DNA of 43,143 nt from positions 1 to 43,143 of IMG/VR virus record IMGVR_UViG_3300038315_001592, one strand, 5' to 3'. The number at the start of each line of letters is the position of its first letter. The first letter of the stretch is position 1. The notes under the pieces are model-generated. The model was not told the DNA's origin, did not search any database, and worked only from the letters and a program-made list of their open reading frames with translations. The stretch comes from a virus (lineage: Duplodnaviria > Caudoviricetes). Made by a program: the position numbers and the translations under genes. Below, in pieces: positions 1 through 9,095 of this stretch.

Positions 1-306
1 CTGAAGAAATTCAGCAGAAAAAGGAACCCTCTCACGATCAGAGGGGAGATTCTCAAGGAATCCCGCTGGATACTCACATTCCAGGGAAATCAGATCCAGA
101 AATGGACACACCCGAAGTAGAAAAAGTGGAGCCTAGTCCAACTCCAGATAAACACCTCAGCGGAGGGATCACTCCCGATAGAAGCGGTAAGGACATAGGA
201 ATGTAAATGAGAGAATATATCTATTCTTATTGGAGAGACCTATAATTATAGTGAGGGCTATCTCATGAACGAACAAGTTTACTCGTTATTGCTGAAAGTA
301 GGAGAC
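1..306. repeat. Terminal overlap with 42800-43143 (circular assembly) containing an internal allelic bubble
   Basis: 1-97 matches 42800-42896 except one synonymous SNP (77 C vs 42876 T). ~223-306 matches ~43060-43143 with 3 mismatches. The intervening sequence differs. Confidence 0.95.
3..206 (+). CDS. 3' part of lipoprotein, allele A (alternative C-terminus of 42748-42984)
   Basis: Hand translation EEIQQKKEPSHDQRGDSQGIPLDTHIPGKSDPEMDTPEVEKVEPSPTPDKHLSGGITPDRSGKDIGM*; first 32 aa identical to the 42748 ORF. Confidence 0.8.
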   Translation, partial: EEIQQKKEPSHDQRGDSQGIPLDTHIPGKSDPEMDTPEVEKVEPSPTPDKHLSGGITPDRSGKDIGM

Positions 307-423
307 TCTAATGGAGTCCTCGGAGCTGCGTATTTTATCGCAGATATGGCTATCAAAATGACAGTTGTTATCTGCGTTTTTAATCTAGTAGATTTAATCT
401 TTCGTACAATAACAAAAAAATGA
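265..423 (+). CDS. Small membrane protein (52 aa), not in ORF track
   Basis: GAGGG RBS; MNEQVYSLLLKVGDSNGVLGAAYFIADMAIKMTVVICVFNLVDLIFRTITKK; stop overlaps next ATG (ATGA). Confidence 0.65.
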   Translation: MNEQVYSLLLKVGDSNGVLGAAYFIADMAIKMTVVICVFNLVDLIFRTITKK

Positions 424-662
424 TCTACGGAGTTCTGCTAGTCATAATCGGAGGTCTGATCAGTGGACTAGTCTCAGCTTCCAAGAGAAGCACTCGTCTA
501 AGAATTCAAGTTGATCAGTTAGAGAATGAGCTCCAGTTAGCCCTAAGGGCTGTATCCACAGAGCGGAAAGTAAAGGAAGCCTATGATAAAATACGCAAAG
601 AATCTTCTGGTAGTTTTAATGCTGATTCTCTCAACAAGTTGCGGAGTCTCGAAGGGAGTTAG
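420..662 (+). CDS. Putative i-spanin (Rz-like)
   Basis: N-terminal TM helix followed by coiled coil; overlaps a downstream lipoprotein gene. Confidence 0.6.
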   Translation: MIYGVLLVIIGGLISGLVSASKRSTRLRIQVDQLENELQLALRAVSTERKVKEAYDKIRKESSGSFNADSLNKLRSLEGS

Positions 663-873
663 TCTACGCATACTCCCAGTTGAGCCAGCTAGAGAATACG
701 TCTTCGTTGATTGTACTCACGCAGGGGTGATCTATCCTTGTCTGACTCCAGAGAATGCAGCTAAGTACGTTGATTATCTAGAAAAAGTAGACACTTACAT
801 TGGAATGACTAAGAGTCTCAGAATTGGAGAAGTAGAAAAATACCACCCCCAGGAAAAAGCTAATGGAAACTGA
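583..873 (+). CDS. Putative o-spanin lipoprotein (Rz1-like)
   Basis: Signal peptide with lipobox-like LSTS-C; Pro and Cys in mature part; overlaps i-spanin candidate in another frame. Confidence 0.6.
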   Translation: MIKYAKNLLVVLMLILSTSCGVSKGVSLRILPVEPAREYVFVDCTHAGVIYPCLTPENAAKYVDYLEKVDTYIGMTKSLRIGEVEKYHPQEKANGN

Positions 874-2344
874 TCTATTCTACGGTGATCGAGGTCCGAC
901 TCAGAAGCAGAGTATCTTCCGAGACTCCACTGAAAAATTCAAGCTCTTCGGGGGAGGTCTAGGCGGAGGAAAGAGCTGGGCTTTGTGCGCTGAGGGGATT
1001 AGGCTCAGCGCTATGTATCCTGGTAACCGAGGATTCATGCTGAGGGCTGAAACTAAATCCTTTAAGACTACGACCCTAGAGACTCTGCTTAAACTCTTAG
1101 AACAGATTTCCATGATGATGGGAAAGAAAATCTACTCTCATAATAAAAGTGAACAGAAAGTTTTCCTCTTTGATCGAAGCGTAATCATCTACGGAGGACT
1201 CAATGACCGAGAAGACAAAATTGGAGTTAAATCCCTCGAAATAGGTTGGTTTGCGGTGGACGAAGCTAATGAATGTTCTAAGGATGCAATCGAACATCTC
1301 GAAGGGAGGCTCCGATGGACTCTCCCAGATGGAAGCAGACCCAGGTATTTCGGGATGTACGCTAGCAATCCTGAGCCTTGTTTTATCAAGGATCTCTTCG
1401 TGACGCCTCAGTACGAGAATCGGAAATCTCCTCGAAGAATTTTCGTGCAAGCTCTGGTGCAGCACAATCGGGATGCACTAACGGGAGCTTCCAATCTACC
1501 AGAGGGATACCGAGAAGACCTAATGGACGGAAAAGCTGAATGGTGGATAAAACGTTACATAGAGGGCAGCTGGGATGCAGCTAAGGGACTCATTCTAGAT
1601 CAGTTTAATCCCCTTGTGAATGTGATTCCTAATCCAAGTTGTCCAATTGAATTACCGCTTCTAGTTGAGGGCTTAGCTGAAAAGTATCCCCTAGTAATCG
1701 GAGGAATGGATCATGGAATAGCAGATCCGACTTGTTTCCTAGGAAGTTTCACTGATTACGAGGGGAATTTGTTCATTTATGACGAATATTATAGCCCAGG
1801 TATGATCTCTGAACATTCTAAGGCTATCTTGAGACAATTCTATGATCAGGGATTCACTAATAAAGTAGCCGATCCGAGTATCTGGTCTAAGACTGGCGAA
1901 CGGAAAGGCCAGCCTTGGAGTGTTCACGATGAGTATGGGCTTCATGGGCTGGATCTCATGAGAGCTAACAATGATTTCGCTTTGAGTATTGATCGCCTAA
2001 ACGCTGGATTTTTCTTTGATAATTCTCATGAGCACCCGTTGACTAATAAAATGGGCAGCCCTAGGACGTTCATATCAGCTAGATGTAAGAATCTAATCAG
2101 AGAAATAGGAGGATACGTCTGGGGAAAAGGTCTAGGTGAAGAAAAGGAGAAACCTAAACGGACTTGCCCTAAGCATGCTATAGACGCAGCTAGATACATT
2201 CACAATGAACTAGAAGAATGTAATCTAGAAACGGAGAATTCTATTCCAGAAGAGTCAGTAATCGGAATCAGAAACGAAATAATCTTCTCGAGAAAATTAA
2301 CCTCAGCGAGGGAATTAGACTATGAGCGAAGTTTCTATCAGTGA
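863..2344 (+). CDS. terL: Terminase large subunit
   Basis: Walker A GGLGGGKS, Walker B FAVDEA, ASNP coupling motif, nuclease motifs GMDHG...DPT and HAIDAARY. Confidence 0.95.
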   Translation: METDLFYGDRGPTQKQSIFRDSTEKFKLFGGGLGGGKSWALCAEGIRLSAMYPGNRGFMLRAETKSFKTTTLETLLKLLEQISMMMGKKIYSHNKSEQKVFLFDRSVIIYGGLNDREDKIGVKSLEIGWFAVDEANECSKDAIEHLEGRLRWTLPDGSRPRYFGMYASNPEPCFIKDLFVTPQYENRKSPRRIFVQALVQHNRDALTGASNLPEGYREDLMDGKAEWWIKRYIEGSWDAAKGLILDQFNPLVNVIPNPSCPIELPLLVEGLAEKYPLVIGGMDHGIADPTCFLGSFTDYEGNLFIYDEYYSPGMISEHSKAILRQFYDQGFTNKVADPSIWSKTGERKGQPWSVHDEYGLHGLDLMRANNDFALSIDRLNAGFFFDNSHEHPLTNKMGSPRTFISARCKNLIREIGGYVWGKGLGEEKEKPKRTCPKHAIDAARYIHNELEECNLETENSIPEESVIGIRNEIIFSRKLTSARELDYERSFYQ

Positions 2345-4202
2345 TAGCAGCCAGAATCCTATTGAAAAGTGGAATGAGAAGATCAAGGAAGCTAGTAAAC
2401 TCGGGAATCACAAGAAGCTAGCTGAATTCCACGCTGCTTATAGAAATGAAGAAGCCAAGAAAAAATACGAGAATCTGATTTTCACAAATACCCTAGAAGC
2501 TGTAGTCAATACTAACTTCAAAGTTCCTAGTGTTACAGTCAGCGTGAGTTCATTTGACAAATCTAAGGAAATCCTAGGGCTATTCAGAAACGCAGCCAGG
2601 AATAAAATCCTAATAGAGCAATACCTAGAATCTAATGAATTCAAGCTGGAGGTCTCAAAGTGCATAGTGGATTCCAAGATCGGCGACTGGGGTCTCATGG
2701 AAATCAAGAGAGATAGAAGTAAGAATTCTAGACTAGGATTTAAGTTGGCTAGAATCAGTCAATTTGATCTAGTAATTGATCCTGATTGCACTAAGCATGA
2801 CTTCTCTGACGCTCGTTGGATAGCTAAGCAATTCGTAAAACATAAGGATGTCCTTGCTAAGAAAGACTTCCTCAAGAATAACAAGAATCTCGAGGGGAAC
2901 TACAATCCTAAAATAGACGACCCTGAGTTCATCAAGAGAAAACTAGTCGAACCGTTGCAGAGTCATCAAAGAAGCCATTTTGCTGATCTAGTCCGAGGTT
3001 GGATTCTTTGGGACAGGGACAAAAAAGAAAAGCTAGTCCTAGTAGACTCCAAGAAAGAAGCTCTCTTCAAAGGAGACTGGGACGTTGATCTCATGCCTTT
3101 TCCGATTATTCCTCTGTGGTATTATTTTAATCCAGATAGACCCCGACCTATTAGCCCAGCTGTGAATATTCGAATAATCGAAGATGAAGTCAATGACCTC
3201 AAGCACTTCCAAATGAACCACGCTCGAAAAGTAGCTCGGACTGTCTGGTTCACTAGGAAGGGAATATTCAGTAATCAAACTAAAAGACTCCTCGAAGAAT
3301 CAGATAGAGACACTATCGCAGAAGTAAAAAAGGGAAGCCCTGTTGATTCAGTTGTTCAGCTCAAAGAAAAGGGAGTTGGCTTTGAATACAATCAGGCAAT
3401 TCAAATGGCTAAGAGTGGACTCAGCTCACTAGGTCAGGGATTCACGGATTCTAGAGACTTTACAACTGCAGCAGAACCGAACATAATAGCTAGTAATGCC
3501 CAGAAGATAGCTGCATTTGAAGCTCAGAGAGTAGAAGAGTTCTCTAGTAGAATCCTCACTGAATTCTTGAAGCTCGTCCAGACTAAAGTGAGGGGCTTTG
3601 TTATTCCGTTGAATCAGAACGATTACATAGACGCTCTCAGAAGAAACAGACAAATTCTAGTCTCTCAGCCTATGGACAAAAACGAAGCTCAGTTATTCAT
3701 AGGAGGGAGTATTTCCCTGGAGGCTATAGCAGCTAAGGACGCAGATGGAAAATTTATCATCCAAGAAGGAAAGATGATAGTCTCACTCCCATTTGTAGAA
3801 ATCAATTCTGATCTAATCAAGGGAGACTTTAAAGTTGTTAGCGATAGAGGAAGCATGCAGCTGGAGACTTTAGGACTCACGACTAATTTATACTCACTTT
3901 TCAAAGAAGACCGATTTATTAATCAGGCAGCTCTGAGGAAACTAGTCCTGAGGAGTTTCGAGAATTCTGAAGTAATCGGACTTCAGAGGCCTGAGCAGGA
4001 TGTCCTAGCTGAAGTTGAGCGTAATCGTCAGGAAGAACTAGCAGCTCCAATCAAGGAAGCTCAGCTGAAAACTCAGACTGATCTCAAGAAAACTCAGATG
4101 AAAACTAGCTCAGCTGAGAAAATATCCTCTCAGAAAATCCTTGCTGGATTCATAGGACCTGCAGGAGAAAAGAAAGAATCTTCTAGCGGAAAGGGAAAAT
4201 AA
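2322..4202 (+). CDS. Portal protein
   Basis: 626 aa immediately after TerL; RISQFDLVIDP...DARWIA and TAAE motifs typical of podoviral (P22-like) portals. Confidence 0.85.
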   Translation: MSEVSISDSSQNPIEKWNEKIKEASKLGNHKKLAEFHAAYRNEEAKKKYENLIFTNTLEAVVNTNFKVPSVTVSVSSFDKSKEILGLFRNAARNKILIEQYLESNEFKLEVSKCIVDSKIGDWGLMEIKRDRSKNSRLGFKLARISQFDLVIDPDCTKHDFSDARWIAKQFVKHKDVLAKKDFLKNNKNLEGNYNPKIDDPEFIKRKLVEPLQSHQRSHFADLVRGWILWDRDKKEKLVLVDSKKEALFKGDWDVDLMPFPIIPLWYYFNPDRPRPISPAVNIRIIEDEVNDLKHFQMNHARKVARTVWFTRKGIFSNQTKRLLEESDRDTIAEVKKGSPVDSVVQLKEKGVGFEYNQAIQMAKSGLSSLGQGFTDSRDFTTAAEPNIIASNAQKIAAFEAQRVEEFSSRILTEFLKLVQTKVRGFVIPLNQNDYIDALRRNRQILVSQPMDKNEAQLFIGGSISLEAIAAKDADGKFIIQEGKMIVSLPFVEINSDLIKGDFKVVSDRGSMQLETLGLTTNLYSLFKEDRFINQAALRKLVLRSFENSEVIGLQRPEQDVLAEVERNRQEELAAPIKEAQLKTQTDLKKTQMKTSSAEKISSQKILAGFIGPAGEKKESSSGKGK

Positions 4203-4205
4203 ACT

Positions 4206-4526
4206 ATGCCAGGATTCCAGCCACCTAAGGGAAGTGATAGAACTAAGATGAGAGAATTAGCTGAGGCTCTTATGGGATTGGGTGGGTTTACGTCAAGAGG
4301 TGCTAGATCGTTCAGACTCGGCAGAGACGCTATTATAAATCGTTTAAATACTGGGCAGGGAAGAGATCCTATAGCTAGTGTAGATGTAGGTAAAGAAAAA
4401 CTCAAGAGCATGTTATTGCGGGAAAAACTAGGTAAAAAAGTTATTGAAGAGAATAATCTATCAATAAATGAGTTTGGGGTGGATTTTATATTAGATATGT
4501 TACTTGACCTTAGGAATAGGAATTAA
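4206..4526 (+). CDS. Hypothetical protein
   Basis: ORF packed within the operon. Confidence 0.6.
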   Translation: MPGFQPPKGSDRTKMRELAEALMGLGGFTSRGARSFRLGRDAIINRLNTGQGRDPIASVDVGKEKLKSMLLREKLGKKVIEENNLSINEFGVDFILDMLLDLRNRN

Positions 4527-4528
4527 TT

Positions 4529-4768
4529 ATGCCTCTCTATGATTTTCATTGTGAGAGCTGTGACATAACCGAGGAGATTTTCCTCAAGACTCACAAGGAT
4601 ATGAAGAGCGTTAAATGTGCAACTTGTGGAAAGAAAATGAAAAGTCTGATTAGTCAGACTTCTGAGCCTATCTGTTTTGATTATTTTTGCACAAGTTCCA
4701 TGAAAAGATACACAGGACCTAAACAAAGAGAGCGTGAACTCAGAAAAAAAGGTTATGCTATTCTATGA
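4529..4768 (+). CDS. FmdB-family zinc-ribbon protein
   Basis: MPLYDFHCESC...CATCG...KSLIS signature. Confidence 0.85.
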   Translation: MPLYDFHCESCDITEEIFLKTHKDMKSVKCATCGKKMKSLISQTSEPICFDYFCTSSMKRYTGPKQRERELRKKGYAIL

Positions 4769-5058
4769 GCTGGAAATGCAATGACTGTGGAGCTTGTTGT
4801 GAACTCCTAGGCAATTATGAAGTCTACGAGAAGAGCGTCGAACTCAAGGGATGTGTTTATCATTCTGGAAAGCTCTGCGTGAATTATAATAACAGACCCA
4901 GTGTATGTAGGACTATAAGCCTAAATTATTCAACAGAACAGTTAACTAATATGTGTAGTCTTTTGAAGCATCTGAACAATTGGCACAAGGAAATGCAAGG
5001 ACTACCTAGAGAACGTGAAGCAACCCTCAAGAAAATTCTTCTTGCGGGAATCATTTAA
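4765..5058 (+). CDS. YkgJ/CxxCxxCC cysteine-cluster protein
   Basis: CNDCGACC...C...LCVNYNNRPSVCR. Confidence 0.8.
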   Translation: MSWKCNDCGACCELLGNYEVYEKSVELKGCVYHSGKLCVNYNNRPSVCRTISLNYSTEQLTNMCSLLKHLNNWHKEMQGLPREREATLKKILLAGII

Positions 5059-5073
5059 AGGAGGCTAAACGCC

Positions 5074-5808
5074 ATGAACGGAATGGACGAAGCATTGAGT
5101 GGTGAGTTATCAGCAGAATCAGAAGACGAACAGAAAAACGAAGAAGAGAAGAAAATAGAAACTCCTCCAGTTGACTCTGGAATAGGAGATGCAGCTGCAG
5201 CTAAACTCAACGAAGCGGTCGAAGCTGGAAAATCAGCTAATGAGCTCATCGCTAAATTCGGAGGATCTGAAAAAGCCCAACAAGCTCTAGAGTATCTCCA
5301 AAGCGAAGAATTTAGGACTCTTTATAATAAATCTAAGGAGAATCCAGCTGACTTCCCTGCAGAAGGTGATGAGAGGGCTCAGGCAGTTAAGCTAATCGAG
5401 GATATGATTAGCAAAGCTACCAATCCCCTTCAGAGTCAGATAGCTCAACTAAGCAAAGTCTCTACTGGAAGAATAGGAGAACTAGAGAATACCCTAGCGA
5501 CTACTAATATAACTTCTGCTTTGGAGAGAATAGCCGAGAAGAATCCTGATCTAGCCGATTATCGTGAGGGAATAGTTAAGCACATCAAGGAACTCTTCCC
5601 TAAAGGTAATTTCACAGAAGAGAACGTGAAAAATGTATATCTCCTAGCTAAGATCAAAGCAGGAAAAATTGGAAATGAACCTAATCCAGATGAAAATAAA
5701 GCTAAATTAGAAGATCTAAGCAAGGTAGATCTCCTGAGTATATCCAAGACTTCAAAAGGGAAAGACTTTAGCCAAATAGGCAAGGAAATAATGGATCAAG
5801 TAAGTTAG
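5074..5808 (+). CDS. Putative capsid scaffolding protein
   Basis: Acidic N-terminus, helical, directly upstream of the major capsid gene; AGGAGG RBS. Confidence 0.7.
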   Translation: MNGMDEALSGELSAESEDEQKNEEEKKIETPPVDSGIGDAAAAKLNEAVEAGKSANELIAKFGGSEKAQQALEYLQSEEFRTLYNKSKENPADFPAEGDERAQAVKLIEDMISKATNPLQSQIAQLSKVSTGRIGELENTLATTNITSALERIAEKNPDLADYREGIVKHIKELFPKGNFTEENVKNVYLLAKIKAGKIGNEPNPDENKAKLEDLSKVDLLSISKTSKGKDFSQIGKEIMDQVS

Positions 5809-5902
5809 CTAGAAGCAAGAACGGGGCAGTGCTCTCTAAATGAGAAAATCATTAGAATTCAATTAAACTAAACTATTAATCATTCAAAGGAAAGGAGCAA
5901 TC

Positions 5903-6910
5903 ATGCCTCCGAGAAGTGAAACTAGAGACATAACGAGTATTCTTACAGCAGTTAGTGCGGTTAATCGTCCAGAACTCCACGATAATATTTTCGCAGCTAC
6001 TACAGGGCTCAGCTATCTCAATGGAAAACTAGGTGAGATGGTTCGTAAAGCTAAGAAAATTAAGAAAACTGAAAATGGTGGAACTGATATTACAGTTAGG
6101 CTCATGTATGGTAAGTCTAAGAACACAGGCTCGTACGAAGGACTAGAGCCTCTGACTATCAAACGATCCAATAAACTCACGTCCGCTAAGTACGCCTGGA
6201 AATATTATCACGATGGAGCAGTAATCAGCGGAGCAGACTTCAGGAACAATGGAGGTGGAGGTGACGTAGATAAAATCCTAGATTTAGCTCAAGCGGAAAC
6301 TAAAATAATGGAATTGTCCCTCTCTGAACAGATGAGCTCTAATTTTTATGGAGATGGAACAGGAAACTCCAATAAAAATATGGATGGACTCGAAGCTATG
6401 TTCGTAACTGGAGCTACTAATTATGGAGGTCTCAACGCAACGGCTAATTCTTGGTGGACAGCTACAGCTCAGACTTCTGTGGGTGATTGGGTCAGTTCAG
6501 GTAGGTCAGCGTTGAGAACACAAATTAACAACGCTTCTAAGGGAAGTGATAGACCTGATATTATCCTAACGACTCAGACTATCTACGAGACTCACATGGA
6601 CACGTTAGTTCCTCACATGAGAATCACTAATGAGAAAGCTGAAGGTCTGGGATTCAAGAATCTTCTCTTTGACGGAGAAATTGGAATGTTCTGGGATGCG
6701 GATATTACAGCTGGCGTTCTCTACGCTCTTAATGGACGCTACCTCAGCTGGACTGTTCACAAGGACGCTGATTTCGCAATGACACCTTGGAAGAATAGAC
6801 TGGAAACTGGAGATCAGGATGCTCTCACTCAGCACATAATCGTCCAGGGGAATCTGACGTGTGCTAATAGAAAAAGACAAGTTAAACTTAGCGGAATTAC
6901 AACTACATAG
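5903..6910 (+). CDS. Major capsid protein
   Basis: 335 aa; HK97-like motifs (FYGDGTGN...MDGL, PDIILTT, GFKNLLFDG, GNLTCANR); strong RBS. Confidence 0.9.
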   Translation: MPPRSETRDITSILTAVSAVNRPELHDNIFAATTGLSYLNGKLGEMVRKAKKIKKTENGGTDITVRLMYGKSKNTGSYEGLEPLTIKRSNKLTSAKYAWKYYHDGAVISGADFRNNGGGGDVDKILDLAQAETKIMELSLSEQMSSNFYGDGTGNSNKNMDGLEAMFVTGATNYGGLNATANSWWTATAQTSVGDWVSSGRSALRTQINNASKGSDRPDIILTTQTIYETHMDTLVPHMRITNEKAEGLGFKNLLFDGEIGMFWDADITAGVLYALNGRYLSWTVHKDADFAMTPWKNRLETGDQDALTQHIIVQGNLTCANRKRQVKLSGITTT

Positions 6911-6922
6911 AAAGGAGGAAAG

Positions 6923-7204
6923 ATGGCTTATACTATAACTAATAGAGAAGTGGATATGCTAGGCTCCAAGATGGTCTACTTTGGAGATTTCACGATTACT
7001 AGCTCTCCTCAAGAACTCGTAACAGGCCTCCGATCCGTTAAGCATTGTACAGTTAATACTAACGCCCCAGGAGATGTTAGTATAATTCTTAATTCAAATA
7101 ACGGAACATTGAATTCTAAAATGGGTTCTGTTTGGACTTCAGGACCTAGTCAGTTCCATGGGAGTAGCTCATTCACGGCTACTTTCATGGCAATTGGAAA
7201 TTAA
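6923..7204 (+). CDS. Putative head decoration/cement protein
   Basis: Small beta-rich protein after MCP; AGGAGG RBS. Confidence 0.55.
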   Translation: MAYTITNREVDMLGSKMVYFGDFTITSSPQELVTGLRSVKHCTVNTNAPGDVSIILNSNNGTLNSKMGSVWTSGPSQFHGSSSFTATFMAIGN

Positions 7205-7225
7205 TTAAACTAAAGGAGAAAAATT

Positions 7226-7882
7226 ATGAGTCTAGTAGGAGATTTTCCAAAAACACCAATGGAGATAGCTGACCCCACTAAAGCTAGTGTCTTCTTTGAG
7301 GATTTTATGAATCCTTATAATTCTAGCGACTGGACAGTAACGGAAACAGACGGAGGAGCAACTCAAGCGAGTAATAACGCTAATCATGGAGAGTTACTCA
7401 TTACCAATACAGCCGCAGATGACGACGCTGTTACCATGCAGGTAGCTGCTGAGAATCATCTCTTTGTATCTGGAAAAGAGAGCTGGTTCAAAATCAGGGT
7501 GAAGTCTAGCGATGTAACTCAGAATGATTTCATTTTTGGGCTGGTGATTACCGATACCAGCCCATTTTCTAACACAGATGGAGTTTACTTCTCTAAGACT
7601 GACGGAGTGGCTACTTTGGATTGTTATGTAAACAAGGACAGCTCATCTGACACATCAGCTGCTATTGCTACCCTAGCAGATGACACTTATGTAGAATTGG
7701 CATTCCTTTATGATGGACAGAGTTCAGTTATCTTCTATGTCAATGGAGTCCGTAAAGCTACCTTGGCGACTACGAATCTCCCTGATGATGAAGAGCTCAC
7801 GCCCACAATCTACATGAGGGCTGGAGAAGCAGCCGCTAAAACTATGACCATTGATTATGTTCTAGCAGGACAGGAAAGATAA
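7226..7882 (+). CDS. Putative virion structural protein with concanavalin/jelly-roll-like fold
   Basis: FFEDF start, LAFLYDG...VIFYVNG, MTIDYV motifs; T/D-rich. Confidence 0.6.
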   Translation: MSLVGDFPKTPMEIADPTKASVFFEDFMNPYNSSDWTVTETDGGATQASNNANHGELLITNTAADDDAVTMQVAAENHLFVSGKESWFKIRVKSSDVTQNDFIFGLVITDTSPFSNTDGVYFSKTDGVATLDCYVNKDSSSDTSAAIATLADDTYVELAFLYDGQSSVIFYVNGVRKATLATTNLPDDEELTPTIYMRAGEAAAKTMTIDYVLAGQER

Positions 7883-7891
7883 GTTCACTTG

Positions 7892-7920
7892 GAGAGGGAG
7901 GATAACTCCCTCTCTTTTTT
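7892..7920 (+). terminator. Rho-independent terminator after head genes
   Basis: GAGAGGGAG-gataa-CTCCCTCTC followed by TTTTTT. Confidence 0.85.
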
Positions 7921-7932
7921 GAAGGGAAGAGC

Positions 7933-8652
7933 ATGAAACCATCTTATAAATTATTCTATTTTGTAGAGAAATACTTCCGAGGAGGAAGGCAAGTAGAAGG
8001 ACTCCGAATCAGTAAGCCTAGAGGAAAAACTACTACCATCAAGAGACTCTACAAGGATGGTTCTGAGGGGAGTAAATGGGCGCTGACTACTAGAAACGAC
8101 TATGTAGACTTCATGGCGAATACAATAGGCAGAGACCTCGGTGAGGGTCAGATAGCTGAAAATAAGAAGAGCCGCAAAGACAGAATCTACTTTGTTAAAA
8201 AAAAGATCGCTGAGAACGAGAGTCTACTCGAAAAGAAAAAGAGGGAAGTAGAAGATCTCAACGTTCAGAAAAAAGAAGAATCTCGAATAGCTGACCTCAA
8301 GAGAAAAAGAGAAAAAGCCGAAAGAATACGCAAACAGATAGAATCAGATAGACTCAAAGCAGCTAAACTAGCCGCAGAAATAAAAGCTCTAGAAGAAGAA
8401 CAAAAACTCCTCGAAGAACGAAAAGCAGAGGAGTTAGCTCGTAAGAAAAAAGAAGAAGAGGAAACTAAAGCTCGCCTAATAATCAACGAAGAAAAGAAAA
8501 GGAAGAAAAAAGCAGCTCCACGGATAGTAACCATAGGCGGGGGAATGTTCGGACCTAGGAGAGTTCTAATGTCAGCGAGTGGAGCTATCATCATGGAACT
8601 GGATTCATCGACTAGAAGAATGGTCGGTAGAGGTGGAAGTCAAGGAATATAA
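7933..8652 (+). CDS. Hypothetical K/E-rich coiled-coil protein
   Basis: Long charged heptad region. Confidence 0.7.
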   Translation: MKPSYKLFYFVEKYFRGGRQVEGLRISKPRGKTTTIKRLYKDGSEGSKWALTTRNDYVDFMANTIGRDLGEGQIAENKKSRKDRIYFVKKKIAENESLLEKKKREVEDLNVQKKEESRIADLKRKREKAERIRKQIESDRLKAAKLAAEIKALEEEQKLLEERKAEELARKKKEEEETKARLIINEEKKRKKKAAPRIVTIGGGMFGPRRVLMSASGAIIMELDSSTRRMVGRGGSQGI

Positions 8653-8671
8653 GGGGTATGCTATTGAAGGG

Positions 8672-8702
8672 TGTACATATTATCATCATGATAAAGTATA
8701 CA
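8672..8702 (+). promoter_or_regulatory. 31-bp palindromic motif copy 1
   Basis: TGTACA-tattatcatcatgataaag-TATACA, just upstream of the AAGGAG RBS of 8718. Confidence 0.75.
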
Positions 8703-8717
8703 TAAAAAGGAGAATAA

Positions 8718-9083
8718 ATGGCTAGACGAAAACGAGGGAATACTACTCTCACTTGGACTAATGTTACAGGAGCGGGAACAGCCCCAGATACAGATACAAT
8801 TATTGACATTAGAAATGCAGTTACTATTGCTATTCAGGTTAATGCAGCAGCTGATTCTAATCATACAGCAGCTGATTGGGATCTGAATGTGATTACTTGC
8901 CCGACTAGTGATGGTACTTATGATACTACTCCTTACGTTTCTTTTGATTCTTTTGGAGATGATGCAATTAAGACTCAACTGGTTACCCCAGGTCCTAGTT
9001 TTATGAAATTAACTCTCGATGAGAATGCAGCTGCCAGAGCTGATGTGACAGCTATTGTTTCAATTACTTATGAGACAGAATAG
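8718..9083 (+). CDS. Putative virion structural protein
   Basis: Beta-rich T/D/A composition; structural operon. Confidence 0.6.
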   Translation: MARRKRGNTTLTWTNVTGAGTAPDTDTIIDIRNAVTIAIQVNAAADSNHTAADWDLNVITCPTSDGTYDTTPYVSFDSFGDDAIKTQLVTPGPSFMKLTLDENAAARADVTAIVSITYETE

Positions 9084-9095
9084 GAGGTGGACTAG

